Below are positions 23,672 to 34,791 of a DNA stretch of 44,483 nucleotides, piece after piece. The notes below the pieces were generated by a model, which saw nothing but the letters and a program-made list of their open reading frames with translations, searched no databases and was not told the origin of the DNA. The position numbers were made by a program, and so were the translations under genes. Position 1 is the first letter of the stretch. Each line of letters starts with the position of its first letter. Source of the DNA: a virus; IMG/VR virus record IMGVR_UViG_3300029375_000005, one strand, 5' to 3'.

Positions 23672-25099
23672 TCATTTAGAAATTTCTGTAATTCTGGTGA
23701 ATGTTCCTTTTGGAATAAATTCAAAAACAAACCCTTCTGTCGGATGTGGGATGCGGATGAAATACCATTTCAGCCCCGAACTGTCTGTTTCTGTGTACTT
23801 CATCACCTCTACAACTGCACCTTTTTTTAACTGCGGAAACAGTTTTGACGGGCTGTTTTTGTTTGATTTTGTATAGCATTTTGTGTCCTTTTTGATCTGT
23901 GCAATATAGGCTCTGGTGTTCTGCTTTTTGGTTGTATCTGAGTCTGAAACTGACGTTGTATTTTTAACTAAACTGTAATTTGGAGTACAGAATTTTGTTC
24001 CGGGAAGGTTGCTGTTGTAGTAACTTTTCTGACATACGCCACCACCATTTGCGATAATTGTAGAGCCACCAGAAGTGTTTCCTTCGACTGTCCAGAATCG
24101 ATCTCCTGATACCTTTGTTACGATTCCGGTATGTGTAAATGTGCCATTTCGATAAAAAATAACAATATCTCCAATCTTCGGATTGCTGTTCAGGGTAAAC
24201 AAATCCGCCATTGTCGGACAGTAAACGTATGGCCAGTGCTTCAAAAGTTTCTTCGCTGTGTCTAAGCCGAATGCTTTCATGAAGCACCAACTCACGAATG
24301 CAGCGCACCATGGCTGCCTTTGATAATCCGGTTTAATATCTCGCCAGTATTTCGTATAATTATTTTCTCCGACATTTGCTGTCTTACTATCAAGCTGACT
24401 ATTGCTTGCCTTTTCAAGATATCCGGTTTCATTCTTTGCGATCTGGATTAATTTATCAATTGCTTTCATGTCTGTCTCCTCACTTTCCGGGAAATATGTT
24501 TTCAACGCATTATAAACAAATCTCTGTCTGTCCTTATATGCTCCCACCTGATTCCCTGTGTCCGTCTGGCAGGCTGCATAGAGATTATCAAGCGTATATG
24601 GCTTCTGAGTCTTTGCTAAAATCCTCGTTACTGCTCCCTGTCCGCCTTGGTGTCTAAAGTTCACGCACATAGCTTGCGCTCTGGCGTCTGTAACGCCCTG
24701 CTTAAGGGCTTCGTCTGCATAGGTGGATAACTGTTCATCCATAAGGCTATCTTGGCATTTAACGCCTAAATCGGACGAGATAAGAGCAACTATAGTGTCT
24801 GCGAGCTGTGATACCCTGGAAATATTAAAACATTCCCAGTTTGCGGTCTGGACCTGTTCCAAAAGTCTGACCTTGTCTATCTTCTTCCACTGTTCCGGGT
24901 CGGCATCGTAAATTCGTTCCAGAAGTGTTTTAGCTTCGATTCCGTACCACTGTCCCGCCCCGATTGTGATTGCGTGTTCTTCAGAAGAATTGGTGTAGGC
25001 TTCCGTGAAGTCCGAATAATCCTGCTGTCCGTAAACCTGTTCGCCAGTTTCGACCGCATAAATAATTTTCCTGAGAACTACTTTTTGATTATTTGTCAT
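23672..25099 (-). CDS. Multidomain endolysin: N-terminal lysozyme/transglycosylase-like domain, CHAP domain, C-terminal SH3-like wall-binding domain
   Basis: CHAP motifs QPWCAAFVSWCF, FTHTGIVTKV and TVEGNTS. C-terminal LKKGAVVEVMKYTETDSSGLKWYFIRI is SH3-like. The call for the N-terminal 200 aa (VETGEQVYG...) is weak. Confidence 0.85.
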   Translation of the reverse strand: MTNNQKVVLRKIIYAVETGEQVYGQQDYSDFTEAYTNSSEEHAITIGAGQWYGIEAKTLLERIYDADPEQWKKIDKVRLLEQVQTANWECFNISRVSQLADTIVALISSDLGVKCQDSLMDEQLSTYADEALKQGVTDARAQAMCVNFRHQGGQGAVTRILAKTQKPYTLDNLYAACQTDTGNQVGAYKDRQRFVYNALKTYFPESEETDMKAIDKLIQIAKNETGYLEKASNSQLDSKTANVGENNYTKYWRDIKPDYQRQPWCAAFVSWCFMKAFGLDTAKKLLKHWPYVYCPTMADLFTLNSNPKIGDIVIFYRNGTFTHTGIVTKVSGDRFWTVEGNTSGGSTIIANGGGVCQKSYYNSNLPGTKFCTPNYSLVKNTTSVSDSDTTKKQNTRAYIAQIKKDTKCYTKSNKNSPSKLFPQLKKGAVVEVMKYTETDSSGLKWYFIRIPHPTEGFVFEFIPKGTFTRITEISK

Positions 25100-25137
25100 A
25101 CAAAAATCCTCTCAAATTTTTCCTGCGTGCATAACGT

Positions 25138-25293
25138 TTACTGTAGTGAACCTGCTCTTTCTACCGTCCCATCCTCATTCAGCACATAGTCATCTTTTTT
25201 CAACTTTTCAATCACCTTTGCATTCCACAGCTCAGGAACATCTGTCCATTTTTTCAGCCCATTGATTACTCGTTCTTCGAAAAATTTAACCAT
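25138..25293 (-). CDS. XkdX-like small protein (51 aa)
   Basis: Hand-translated: MVKFFEERVINGLKKWTDVPELWNAKVIEKLKKDDYVLNEDGTVERAGSLQ. GGAGGTGG SD. ATGGTTAA overlap with the upstream stop. Typical position between fibre and lysin. Confidence 0.55.
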   Translation of the reverse strand: MVKFFEERVINGLKKWTDVPELWNAKVIEKLKKDDYVLNEDGTVERAGSLQ

Positions 25294-25525
25294 TGTTTCC
25301 ACCTCCAATGCCTGCAACTAAAGTAGCCAGTTCATCAAGTGCCGAATCATGCGTTGATACAAGTTCAGCCAGACCGTCAATACCATCACCATTAATTAGA
25401 ATTTTACGATTAGATTCCGCATTAAGCATTTGCATCACCAAGTCAAGTTTTTCAGACATTTCATTCAGTCTGTTTGAAACTCTATTAATTGCTTTATAAA
25501 TATTTGCAATTTCCTTTTTATCCAT
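25286..25525 (-). CDS. Hypothetical coiled-coil protein (79 aa)
   Basis: ATG at 25525, 5 nt after AGGAGG. No TM segment. Confidence 0.55.
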   Translation of the reverse strand: MDKKEIANIYKAINRVSNRLNEMSEKLDLVMQMLNAESNRKILINGDGIDGLAELVSTHDSALDELATLVAGIGGGNNG

Positions 25526-25582
25526 ATGCACCTCCTGTTCTTAGCCATTCAGCTATAAATAATTCATTAATTTACTAGGATT

Positions 25583-28018
25583 TTAGAAACATAAGCAAGG
25601 GGCGAGGCTCCTTTCTTGACTGGCATCGGCGATGTTCGTATTCCCTGTCGCATTCACAACACAGAAGGACTCATTGGCACTGCGGCGAGGCGAACGCTCC
25701 CACCAAATCCCAGACGTATAAGAATTGCTAGTTCGTGGGCTTTTATACCTGTTTGCGGTCGCATTCTTAAAGTATTGATACTGTGTTCCTTCACCTCCAA
25801 AAGAATATGGAATGTCACCAAAAATTTCGATTTCAGATAGTAAGAACGCATAATCGTTTGAAGTCTTGATTGTACTACTCTGACCTCCCACAGATGTCAG
25901 CTTTTTAACCTGTTTCATCATGCTTTGGACATAAGCAGGTAAACATTTCTTGTACACATTATTACACCATGTACGTCTTTCACAACCTTCCCAACCGCCG
26001 CTATTCATATCTGAGCTATTCATATAACCACATTCATGAGATGCATCGAGAGAATTGTTATATTCTGTCGTAGTGTCTAAATACAGCAGGCGTTCCGTCT
26101 GAATTGTAATAGCGGCTTTGGCCTTGCCATTGATAGCAGTTACCAAGTCGTCATGTTCAATTCCGATGATCACATAAGCATAATCATTTGCTTTGTGTGA
26201 CTCACTCACGCCTGTTGCATCCATAGTATTGTGATGGATGGTTCTCTTGTCGCCAACCGCCCAATATTCGCCAATATTGATTTTACCTGCGTAGTGCGCT
26301 TTAATCATCCTTGCTATTTCAGCATCCGTTCCGTCAGCGAATGTGACAATCTTCAATTCCCCTGGTTCACCGAGAAGTCTGTTTCCTGTATCGTAGTTGT
26401 ATACGCCATCAGTGTTGTATGGGAACAGCACGAAGTAATATTGTTTGTCGCTTGTTAACCCTGTGACTGTATAGCCTGTGGTTTTGTATTTATCTCGAAC
26501 CGTATTATCAACCACAAGCGTTCCGTCATCTGGATTTGCAGGATAGCCCGTTTCTTTCATTACAAGTTTTGTGCCAGCCCATGTAGAAAATGTTGAGCCA
26601 CTGATTACCGTGTTTTCAGGGTCTTGCCATTTAATTGTGACAGATGTGTTTGCATTTTCAATTGTTGGGTTGTTTACGGGTTTAGGGGTAACGGTCACGC
26701 CTCCGCCTTTTGCGTGGAGTGTTCCGTCTTCGTCTATGAATGTTGTCTTACCGTCGGGCTTAACCTTGCCAAGAGTTTCAGTTGTAGCAATCGGGACAGT
26801 CGCATCACTTCCCCTGTCTCCTTTTGGCCCTTTTATGTTGACTGTTTCGGGATTGGTGATTCCATCTGTGTTGCTCCAGCTTATATTTCCATCGGTGTCC
26901 ACACTTGGGACGAATGTAGTGCCCTTGTCTCCTTTAGGCCCGGCATCCCCAGCCTCTCCCTTTTCTCCTCGCGGCCCAGTATCTCCTTTTGCGCCCGTAT
27001 CGCCTTGCGGTCCGGTAATATTTACTGTCTGGGGGTTTTCAAGTCCCCCGTCATTACTCCAACTTATATTTCCTCTGCTGTCTACAACAGGAGTAAAGGT
27101 GATTCCTCGCACGCCAGCATCGCCTTGCTCGCCTTTTGGACCAACTGGTCCCTGTGGACCTTGCAGCCCAGTATCGCCTTTTAGACCCTGTATTCCCTGC
27201 TCTCCTTTTTCTCCGGGGTCTCCTTTTATGCCCTGCGGTCCCGGGTCGCCCTTTGGCCCTTGCGGACCAACTGGTCCCTGCGGACCTTGAGGCCCTTGAA
27301 TCCTGCCAGCATTGTTCCAATTCGCGCCGTCGAAAACCCACATTTCTCCGTCTATTAAATATGCATCGTTCTTCTCTGCGCTTAAAGGGAGGTCTGCCTC
27401 AGATTCTTTTGTACCAAGGATATTAAGAGATGTTCCATCATTTCCTTGTTCACCCTTTTCTCCTTGTGGGCCTTGTGGACCTTGTGGACCAACATCTCCT
27501 TTTTCACCTTGTGGTCCCTGCGGACCTTGAGGCCCTATAATATTACCAACATTTTCACTATCACCATCTGAAAATGTTATTGTCAAATTTCCATCTGTGT
27601 CGATACTGACCGCTGTGATAGAGATACCCCTTAGTGATTCTTTCTGCTCGGGTGTCAGCGATTCAAATGCTACGGTGCCATCCGCACCCTTTTCTCCCGG
27701 ATCACCTTTATCTCCTTTTTCACCCCTTGGACCCTGCGGGCCAGCAGGACCCTCTGCGCCTTTCTCTCCTTTATCTCCTTTTTCGCCTTTTGGACCCTGC
27801 GGGCCAACAAATTCTCCGGCATTGACCATCTCTGAAATATCCTCAATGGAACACAATCGTCTTACATCATTAGCCGCAAATGCAATGTATAAGGCTTTGC
27901 CAGATGGAACAGAAGGGTCATTGCCAAGAATCGCAACGGGCTCTCCAGGACGAATTTTCGATGTATCAAAATCAGCGTACATACCGCGCCGGAATTGTAT
28001 TGTATATGTATTGGCCAT
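25583..28018 (-). CDS. Collagen-like tail fibre / receptor-binding protein (811 aa)
   Basis: Multiple G-X-Y runs ([40 protein letters not shown]...), three related beta modules (..D.DGN.....S.....N....VNI.GP.G), and a C-terminal globular region ending WWERSP... Confidence 0.85.
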   Translation of the reverse strand: MANTYTIQFRRGMYADFDTSKIRPGEPVAILGNDPSVPSGKALYIAFAANDVRRLCSIEDISEMVNAGEFVGPQGPKGEKGDKGEKGAEGPAGPQGPRGEKGDKGDPGEKGADGTVAFESLTPEQKESLRGISITAVSIDTDGNLTITFSDGDSENVGNIIGPQGPQGPQGEKGDVGPQGPQGPQGEKGEQGNDGTSLNILGTKESEADLPLSAEKNDAYLIDGEMWVFDGANWNNAGRIQGPQGPQGPVGPQGPKGDPGPQGIKGDPGEKGEQGIQGLKGDTGLQGPQGPVGPKGEQGDAGVRGITFTPVVDSRGNISWSNDGGLENPQTVNITGPQGDTGAKGDTGPRGEKGEAGDAGPKGDKGTTFVPSVDTDGNISWSNTDGITNPETVNIKGPKGDRGSDATVPIATTETLGKVKPDGKTTFIDEDGTLHAKGGGVTVTPKPVNNPTIENANTSVTIKWQDPENTVISGSTFSTWAGTKLVMKETGYPANPDDGTLVVDNTVRDKYKTTGYTVTGLTSDKQYYFVLFPYNTDGVYNYDTGNRLLGEPGELKIVTFADGTDAEIARMIKAHYAGKINIGEYWAVGDKRTIHHNTMDATGVSESHKANDYAYVIIGIEHDDLVTAINGKAKAAITIQTERLLYLDTTTEYNNSLDASHECGYMNSSDMNSGGWEGCERRTWCNNVYKKCLPAYVQSMMKQVKKLTSVGGQSSTIKTSNDYAFLLSEIEIFGDIPYSFGGEGTQYQYFKNATANRYKSPRTSNSYTSGIWWERSPRRSANESFCVVNATGNTNIADASQERSLAPCLCF

Positions 28019-28033
28019 ATTAGACTTACCTCC

Positions 28034-28234
28034 TTATGAAAGGAAATTATTTTTTATGTAATCCTTTACGGAATCAAGATTTTTCTGTACATTGTCATCC
28101 ATTACAAGGAAATTACCTTTATTATTCTGACTGATGATACTTCCTGTGCTTTCGTCTACTTCTGAATAGGTGTAAGCAATGCGACTTCCTTCTCCAGTGC
28201 TGAGATTCATAAAACTTGTAAGAATTTTTTTCAT
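28034..28234 (-). CDS. Hypothetical protein (66 aa)
   Basis: ORF track. ATGA coupling to the upstream tail gene. Confidence 0.5.
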   Translation of the reverse strand: MKKILTSFMNLSTGEGSRIAYTYSEVDESTGSIISQNNKGNFLVMDDNVQKNLDSVKDYIKNNFLS

Positions 28235-31200
28235 GATATTTCCTCCATTTCGTCAATAATTTTTTTCCTGTTATTAAGAAGCTCTTTTTCGTAATCGGGT
28301 TCTGATATTTCAAGGCTTTTACTGTAGTCTGGCTCTGGCATGTCTGTGTCTATTGCCCTATCGTAAGCTGTTTCACTTGCATCAGCAAAACGCATGTGTT
28401 CATAGTCAGCTTGACGCGCTTTGACTTCAAATGCAAATTTAAGCCCCGGAGTACCTTTTACAGTGAAATATGTCTGTTCTTTTTGGTCTACCCAACAATC
28501 TCCATCTCCTTCCTTTTGCAAGAACACATAATATTCAATCCTTACATTAGTAGATTCTTGGAATATGTCATCTATGTCTATCAGACATGTGCCGTCTTCT
28601 GATATGGATGCTTCTCCGATGTCTCCAAACATGGGGGATGCCATTTCGTAGCAATAAAACGCCTGTGTACCATAGTTTTTTGTTGGAAAAATCCTCTTCT
28701 TTGTCCCTCGGACACTTAAATCCGCAAGGTCTGTCCCCGTTCCGATGCTATAGAAATGACCACTGGCTTCTACGTGCGTGCCTGCTTTAACTTTTTTTGA
28801 TGCCGAAACGCTGTCCGCCGAAACGCTAGCGCCAATCGAGGCTGAGCTTGCGTGTACGGCTCCTGTATAAAGATTGATTCCTCTAATTCGTGTTCCATAC
28901 AACGTCCCGTACCCCGGCACATATACTCCTGTATTCGTCTCTGAATAGACTTCTCCAGTCGACGCATTTAATATTATTTTGCCGTACGTACCGTCTGCTG
29001 TGAGTTCCTTGTATTCAACTTTCCATCCTGCTAATTCGCCTGTGTTAATATAATCGGCATTTATATACACATTGCCATTTGATAGATACAGACCTTTATT
29101 CTTGCTGTTATCGCTTAGCACATCAATAATCTCTTGTTTAGTCATCTTTCCTATATCGAGATCACTAAGCGCATTGTCTGTATAACGATTCGCATTCGAT
29201 AACGCTGTCGAAGCTTTATCTTCCGCAACGCTATATATTGTATCACCGTTTGTTAACGCAAATGTATTAGGTCTGAGCGTAACATTTCCGTAGTTATCAA
29301 TCGCAAATGTTGACGTTCCAGAACTGTTTGTAACGTTGATGTTCTTCAGATTAATCAAATCAGCTGAAATCTGACCTGATTTAATATAAGAAGCGTTTAT
29401 ATACAGATGTCCGTTCTGCATATAAATTCCCTCTTGCTTACCGTTATCCGTTAAAGCGTTAAAAACTCTTTCAAAATTGACAATTTTTTCAGCGTCCAGT
29501 TCCTGCCAAGTGCCATCAGTCCCAGAAAACATATATACCCGGCTCGTAGAAAAGTTCATGAAAATCGAGCCGTCATGTTTTTTATATTCTTCACTTTTCC
29601 ACTCAGATGCCGGATAGTTCTGCAATGTTGGTACATACGTGCCATAATAGTTCGGGATAGTCACATTATTTTGAACTGCCCCATCCACAACATCCTTGGC
29701 GATCTGTTCAATAGTTCTACTTTTCAGTGTAAAGTTTTCAACCTCTAATGTGACAGCGCCTGTGTCGGCATCTATTCTTAATGTCGTATTCCCATTATTG
29801 TCTTTTGCTGTAAAACCTCTCGTGTTAATCCATTCTGATTGAATACCGATGGCATAGAGAATATTCAGAACGGCATCTCCATTACTATCAAAGCCGGCTT
29901 TCCATGTCTGACCGCCGTCTACTGACAAGAAGAATCCATCAGCACTTGTCTTATAAATTACTTTAGAATCAGCAAGTGTAGGCTTATCATGCCGGTACGT
30001 AATTACGGAACCATCTTCTTGTACTTCCTCTGTATAGAAGAAACCCAGCGTGTTCGCTGCAAGCTCGTTCATTTGTTTGAGCTTTACGTCATAGGCAGAT
30101 AGTTTCTTCTCTATATCTTTTTTTGACTGCTCTACCGCTGCTTGCTGACCACCAATAAACTCACTTACATCTTCTTCGGCACTCTTTGCACTACAGCTCC
30201 ATGATGTTGAGCCACCGAACACAAATTCTACATTAGTTGCAAATGATCTAAAAACACGATTTTTAGTGTCGATAAATTCGACTGAATCGCCGAAAGTGGC
30301 GTATCCGTTGGCAATTCCATCACATGAAAAAGGACGCATTCGCAAACCGATTAATTGTTTTCCAATAGCTTCAACGCCTGCCTGCGCATTTCCTGACAGC
30401 AGCTGGTTATCAATAGTAATTACATAGCCGTCCTGACCCGACATATATTCGGTTTCATCTTCTACATATTTGACGCCTGTTACAATAACATCGTCTACGT
30501 CATATTGTAGATTCTGGATTGAAAATAACGCGTGATAATCATTATTACTTAACGTACCACCATCAATTACAGTCCCTGTCGTCCACGGTTTAAGCGTGCC
30601 GCCATCCAGATTATCGCCACCTGTCCAATTTTTTACTGCTCCACCATCGTAAATAGTCGTATTGGTAAATGTCTTATCAAACGTAATAATCCTAAGTAAG
30701 TCATTTTCGTCGATTCTTGCATTTCCACCAGCTATCCCGGCACACATTCCGATTACTGTACGGTATGTCGCATTAGATGGCGCTTTCTGAATCTGAAAGT
30801 CCGCATTTGGAAACATTGCATCTCCAAGAGTGATTCCACATTGCTGACAGCATTCTGAGAGCAGTTCCTTGACTGTACAAGGAAAAGACAGGTTAGAATC
30901 ATATGTCTTATCAGCATTGTGCATTTTATCTAAGAGAGAAAGACTTATTTCGCTCGCCGTTGCAGGTTTTTTCGACACAATGTAAGTACCTCTCTTTATA
31001 GTTTCTATCCTGTCGGATAACTGCACATTGAGAAAGATAACAAACCTTGCGGCGTTAAAATTATATCCGTCAAAGCGTCCGTCATCATTTACCAATGATA
31101 AGCTTGCCGTTTTTTCTATTGCTACACCCACCGGAAAGTCCCCGGAGTCTGCTGAATCTACAAGATTATTTCCAGACAGGTAAAAGTCTTTTTTACCTAG

Positions 31201-31299
31201 CTTAAGAGTTGCACCATTTGACAATGTAACATTTGCTGTCACGTAATAATTTCTGTTTGTAAGAGATTCTTTCTTCAACTGAGTAGATACATTTATCAA
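28231..31299 (-). CDS. Tail-associated (Tal-like) minor structural / baseplate protein, 1022 aa
   Basis: Size and position directly after the TMP and Dit-like gene. No enzymatic motif recognised by eye. Confidence 0.75.
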   Translation of the reverse strand: MINVSTQLKKESLTNRNYYVTANVTLSNGATLKLGKKDFYLSGNNLVDSADSGDFPVGVAIEKTASLSLVNDDGRFDGYNFNAARFVIFLNVQLSDRIETIKRGTYIVSKKPATASEISLSLLDKMHNADKTYDSNLSFPCTVKELLSECCQQCGITLGDAMFPNADFQIQKAPSNATYRTVIGMCAGIAGGNARIDENDLLRIITFDKTFTNTTIYDGGAVKNWTGGDNLDGGTLKPWTTGTVIDGGTLSNNDYHALFSIQNLQYDVDDVIVTGVKYVEDETEYMSGQDGYVITIDNQLLSGNAQAGVEAIGKQLIGLRMRPFSCDGIANGYATFGDSVEFIDTKNRVFRSFATNVEFVFGGSTSWSCSAKSAEEDVSEFIGGQQAAVEQSKKDIEKKLSAYDVKLKQMNELAANTLGFFYTEEVQEDGSVITYRHDKPTLADSKVIYKTSADGFFLSVDGGQTWKAGFDSNGDAVLNILYAIGIQSEWINTRGFTAKDNNGNTTLRIDADTGAVTLEVENFTLKSRTIEQIAKDVVDGAVQNNVTIPNYYGTYVPTLQNYPASEWKSEEYKKHDGSIFMNFSTSRVYMFSGTDGTWQELDAEKIVNFERVFNALTDNGKQEGIYMQNGHLYINASYIKSGQISADLINLKNINVTNSSGTSTFAIDNYGNVTLRPNTFALTNGDTIYSVAEDKASTALSNANRYTDNALSDLDIGKMTKQEIIDVLSDNSKNKGLYLSNGNVYINADYINTGELAGWKVEYKELTADGTYGKIILNASTGEVYSETNTGVYVPGYGTLYGTRIRGINLYTGAVHASSASIGASVSADSVSASKKVKAGTHVEASGHFYSIGTGTDLADLSVRGTKKRIFPTKNYGTQAFYCYEMASPMFGDIGEASISEDGTCLIDIDDIFQESTNVRIEYYVFLQKEGDGDCWVDQKEQTYFTVKGTPGLKFAFEVKARQADYEHMRFADASETAYDRAIDTDMPEPDYSKSLEISEPDYEKELLNNRKKIIDEMEEIS

Positions 31300-31673
31300 A
31301 TCGGCTCAATCCTCCTTACATTGATAGACAAATCCGTCCACTTTTCTTCCCCATCTTTCAGAGTTTGCGCAGCCATGTTGAAATTTGATGCGTAGAATGT
31401 TCTGTCTATCCATCTTCCCGGAACAGTTGGGTCTTTATGGTGGAATGTGAATTGACTTTTGTTAAGTACAGTATTTAGTATGGTTGCTATTTCAGCCCAT
31501 GTAAGCTCGCCCCATTGCATGTCATACCCGCCAATTGTTCCCATTGGTGTATTGTGCATAATCAAATCCTGACTTCTTTTAGAGTCTTCCGTAGAAGTGG
31601 TTGCGAACACCGGTTTGTAACTATCCGGTGCTCTTATAACAACGTTGTCTATTTCAAATTGTTCCTGCGGCAT
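31296..31673 (-). CDS. Small distal-tail (Dit-like) protein, 125 aa
   Basis: Called from its position between the TMP and Tal-like genes. ATGA coupling. Confidence 0.5.
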   Translation of the reverse strand: MPQEQFEIDNVVIRAPDSYKPVFATTSTEDSKRSQDLIMHNTPMGTIGGYDMQWGELTWAEIATILNTVLNKSQFTFHHKDPTVPGRWIDRTFYASNFNMAAQTLKDGEEKWTDLSINVRRIEPI

Positions 31674-31683
31674 ATTCTTCTCC

Positions 31684-34600
31684 TTACGCTAACTCAAATG
31701 GGTTCTTCCCATTCCGGTTTCTTCTCATTTCAGCTTCACTGATAATAATATCTAACAGTTTTCTGCCGGATGCATTGACTGTAACATTGTAAGTGTTTCC
31801 ATCTCCCTGTCCTTTTCCTGACTCTTCCCGGACGATCTGACGCAACAGGCTTTCCGGTGCTTCCAAGTTATTACCTTTTTTCTGGTCGCCTAATACCGCA
31901 AGGAATTCGCTTCGTGGCGGAATAACTGCACCACTGGCCAGATACGGAATAGTTCCAATACGTGGAAATGTTGCATGAAATCCAATAGTCTTTGAACCAA
32001 ACGGTGTTGGAACAGTCCAAGGCCCAAAGGAAAATGCAGATTCAATTCCACCAATTGCATTATTAATCATTCCAACTGCATTATTAACAATACTGATTGC
32101 CTGATTAATCGGAGCTTTAATAAAATCCACAATGCCTTCAAATGCAGATCTGACTGCATCTCTGGCGGCATTAAACTTATTAGTGATAGCGTTTTTTATC
32201 GCTTCTACTTTATTAGACACAAACGTAGCTACGTTTTCCCATGTTCGGGATGTCTTGTTCTTTACGCTGTCCCATACGCCTACAACTTTAGTTTTAATTG
32301 CATTAAATACTGTGCTGGCTGTGGATTTAAGAGAGTTCCAAAGGCCAGAAAGTGTCTTTTTGATTGCGTTCCAGATTGTTGAAGTCAATGCTTTAATCGC
32401 ATTCCAAGCAGTGCTGATGATGCTCTTTATTATGCTCAACGCGCCTTTTGTTACGGTTTTAATTATCTCCCACGCACCCGACACAACATCTTTGATAAAA
32501 TTCCATGTTCCATCCGCAATCTCTTTTATTCCCTGCCAAGCCAGTTCCCAGTCTCCTGTGAAAACGCCTACAAGGAAATCAATGATTCCGCTCAGAGTGT
32601 CTGCTACATCACCAATTATTTTAATTAATGATTTTATGACTTTTATTGCTACGGTGCCTACAACGTTAATTACTTCCGCCATAACTGGAAGCAAATTCGC
32701 AATTATCCAGTTAATTAAAGGCACTAACACCGATTCCCACAGAAGTTTCAGGGAATCAATAAGTTTACCGAGGAAAGTCTCTATCTTTAAAATTGCGTCC
32801 CCTAATGGTCCCTCTAATAGCCCTTTGATTTGTTCTGCTAGTCCTTGAAAAATAGGAAGAACGTACGTGTTATATCCAGTTATCAGAGTTCCAAATATGC
32901 TTGATAGTCCATTTGCTATAGAATCAAAGAACGGCTTTACGTGTTCATCGTATAACCTCGATATTGCGTCACTAAGGTTTTGAACAACTGTTAAGACCCC
33001 ACTTGTTACAGTTTCTATTACTCCGAGGCTACCCTCGATTGCGGACTTTAAAATGTCCTTGTTGTCGATAAAAGGCTGCGCAATCATGTTAAGGATATCT
33101 CTGCCAAGTTTTGCAGCCGTTTCTGTAAGAACCATTCCGATTTCAGCAAAGATTCCGATTAAATCCGCAGTAATCTGCTGTGCGGTTTCTCCACCAAAAA
33201 CTGAGAAAACATCCGCAAAGGCGACTGCAAGATTCCCTGCGATTTGCGAAATTTCAGAGCCGATATTGAACATATCTATCAGATAGTTCTTTATTCTTTG
33301 CGTGTTCTGCTTTAAAAACTTTTCAATTCCGCCTATAATGTTTTGTGCAATTGTCAATCCAATTCTGGCAAATGAACCGGCAACTTGTCCAATTGCATAT
33401 GCAAATGAATCAAGAAAATTATTTGCTGCTTTAGTAACTTCTGAATCAGTAAAGATATCCTTTAAAGATTTCCATATGGAATCGAGATCCTTTTTTATTC
33501 CGTCAAGAATTGGTTCGTAATCTCCTAATCCATCCCAGAATCCTTTTGCGATTAACTTAGCCAACTGTTTAAATCTGTCGATTATCTTTTTTAGCGGTTT
33601 TGACATTTTATCAAGAACTGTCTCACCCTCTGCCAATTTTCCATAATCAACATTTTGTACAGCATCTTTCATCTGATCTGCAAGTCCGCCGGTTGCGCCC
33701 GGTACTTTTGACGATGAATCTGTGCTTTTATCCGTTGAGTAATTATTTATTTCGTCAAGAGGACTAAGATATCCTTTTGCCGCCTTAGTAGCTTTCTTAG
33801 TTGCATCTGCTGTATCATTTGTCGCATCTGCCAGCTTTTCGGCATTGTTGGCAGCATCTCCATATTGGTCTGCCGTATCAGCTATTGCATCTGTTCCGAC
33901 AAGACCTGCACCACTTGCGCCTGTCTGGCCAGATGATTTCTTTCCAGTGATTAATTCCGTAAATGACTTGAAGGCATTTGCCAGAGTTGCTAACTTACCG
34001 AGCAAGATATTAATAACTCTCAAAACGGGAGTGAAGAGATTGATTAATCCCTGTCCGACTGTTGCCTTGAGAGATTGCAACTGTAACTGCATCACTCTGA
34101 CCTGGTTCGCCCATGAGTCAGATGTTCGAATGAAATCACCAGATGCGGCAGACAACTGTTTCTGTACAAAAGCCAAGCGGAGAGCCACTTTCTCCTGTTC
34201 AGTCATGGCGGATGTGGTTTTACCATAGCCATTTGCCAGCGCGAACTGGTCAAGCGCCGACTGGGTCATTACCACACCGAGGTCCTTGAGTGTTTCCGTT
34301 TCACCTGTAAACACTGATTTCAACTTAATATAAGCCAAGTCCTGACTGATGTTATAGAACGAAGCCACATCACCAGTCAGCTGTGTCAGAGCTGTTGACA
34401 TGTCGTAAGCCTGTGCTTCAGAGAAACCGAACGACTTAGACATTGCTCCGAACGTACCAACATACCTTTTTGCCATTGTCTCTGACAGTCCAGCTGAAGT
34501 CATGGCATTCTTTGCAAATTCGTTCACCTTGTCCGACATGGTTGTAAATGTAACATCAACCACGTTCTGTACTTCTGCGAGGTCGGAACCAAGCTCCACA

Positions 34601-34776
34601 CACTCTTTTCCGAACTGTGCTAACTTGCCAACTGCGAATGCTCCGCCAATCAGTATGCCTATTTTTTTTACTACGCTGCCAAGTCCGTTAAAAGACTGCC
34701 TGATTGCTGATACGCCGTTTTGCACGCCTGATGTGTCCATTCTGGTATCAATAATGACTGAGCCATCAGCAGCCAT
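31684..34776 (-). CDS. Tail tape measure protein
   Basis: 1030 aa, long helical repeats, a hydrophobic central region, and position after the two chaperone genes. Confidence 0.9.
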   Translation of the reverse strand: MAADGSVIIDTRMDTSGVQNGVSAIRQSFNGLGSVVKKIGILIGGAFAVGKLAQFGKECVELGSDLAEVQNVVDVTFTTMSDKVNEFAKNAMTSAGLSETMAKRYVGTFGAMSKSFGFSEAQAYDMSTALTQLTGDVASFYNISQDLAYIKLKSVFTGETETLKDLGVVMTQSALDQFALANGYGKTTSAMTEQEKVALRLAFVQKQLSAASGDFIRTSDSWANQVRVMQLQLQSLKATVGQGLINLFTPVLRVINILLGKLATLANAFKSFTELITGKKSSGQTGASGAGLVGTDAIADTADQYGDAANNAEKLADATNDTADATKKATKAAKGYLSPLDEINNYSTDKSTDSSSKVPGATGGLADQMKDAVQNVDYGKLAEGETVLDKMSKPLKKIIDRFKQLAKLIAKGFWDGLGDYEPILDGIKKDLDSIWKSLKDIFTDSEVTKAANNFLDSFAYAIGQVAGSFARIGLTIAQNIIGGIEKFLKQNTQRIKNYLIDMFNIGSEISQIAGNLAVAFADVFSVFGGETAQQITADLIGIFAEIGMVLTETAAKLGRDILNMIAQPFIDNKDILKSAIEGSLGVIETVTSGVLTVVQNLSDAISRLYDEHVKPFFDSIANGLSSIFGTLITGYNTYVLPIFQGLAEQIKGLLEGPLGDAILKIETFLGKLIDSLKLLWESVLVPLINWIIANLLPVMAEVINVVGTVAIKVIKSLIKIIGDVADTLSGIIDFLVGVFTGDWELAWQGIKEIADGTWNFIKDVVSGAWEIIKTVTKGALSIIKSIISTAWNAIKALTSTIWNAIKKTLSGLWNSLKSTASTVFNAIKTKVVGVWDSVKNKTSRTWENVATFVSNKVEAIKNAITNKFNAARDAVRSAFEGIVDFIKAPINQAISIVNNAVGMINNAIGGIESAFSFGPWTVPTPFGSKTIGFHATFPRIGTIPYLASGAVIPPRSEFLAVLGDQKKGNNLEAPESLLRQIVREESGKGQGDGNTYNVTVNASGRKLLDIIISEAEMRRNRNGKNPFELA

Positions 34777-34791
34777 GTGTCCACCTCCTAA

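Noticed and set aside
26571-27290. 239-aa and 186-aa plus-strand ORFs rich in Pro/Ser/Gly opposite the tail-fibre gene
   Set aside because: They are the reverse-complement reading of GGN-CCN collagen-like repeats, which stay open in several frames. The minus strand carries the coherent G-X-Y periodicity and a strong SD.
25583-28018. Diversity-generating retroelement targeting the tail fibre
   Set aside because: No reverse-transcriptase-like ORF appears in any frame. No non-coding template repeat matching the fibre 3' end was noticed.
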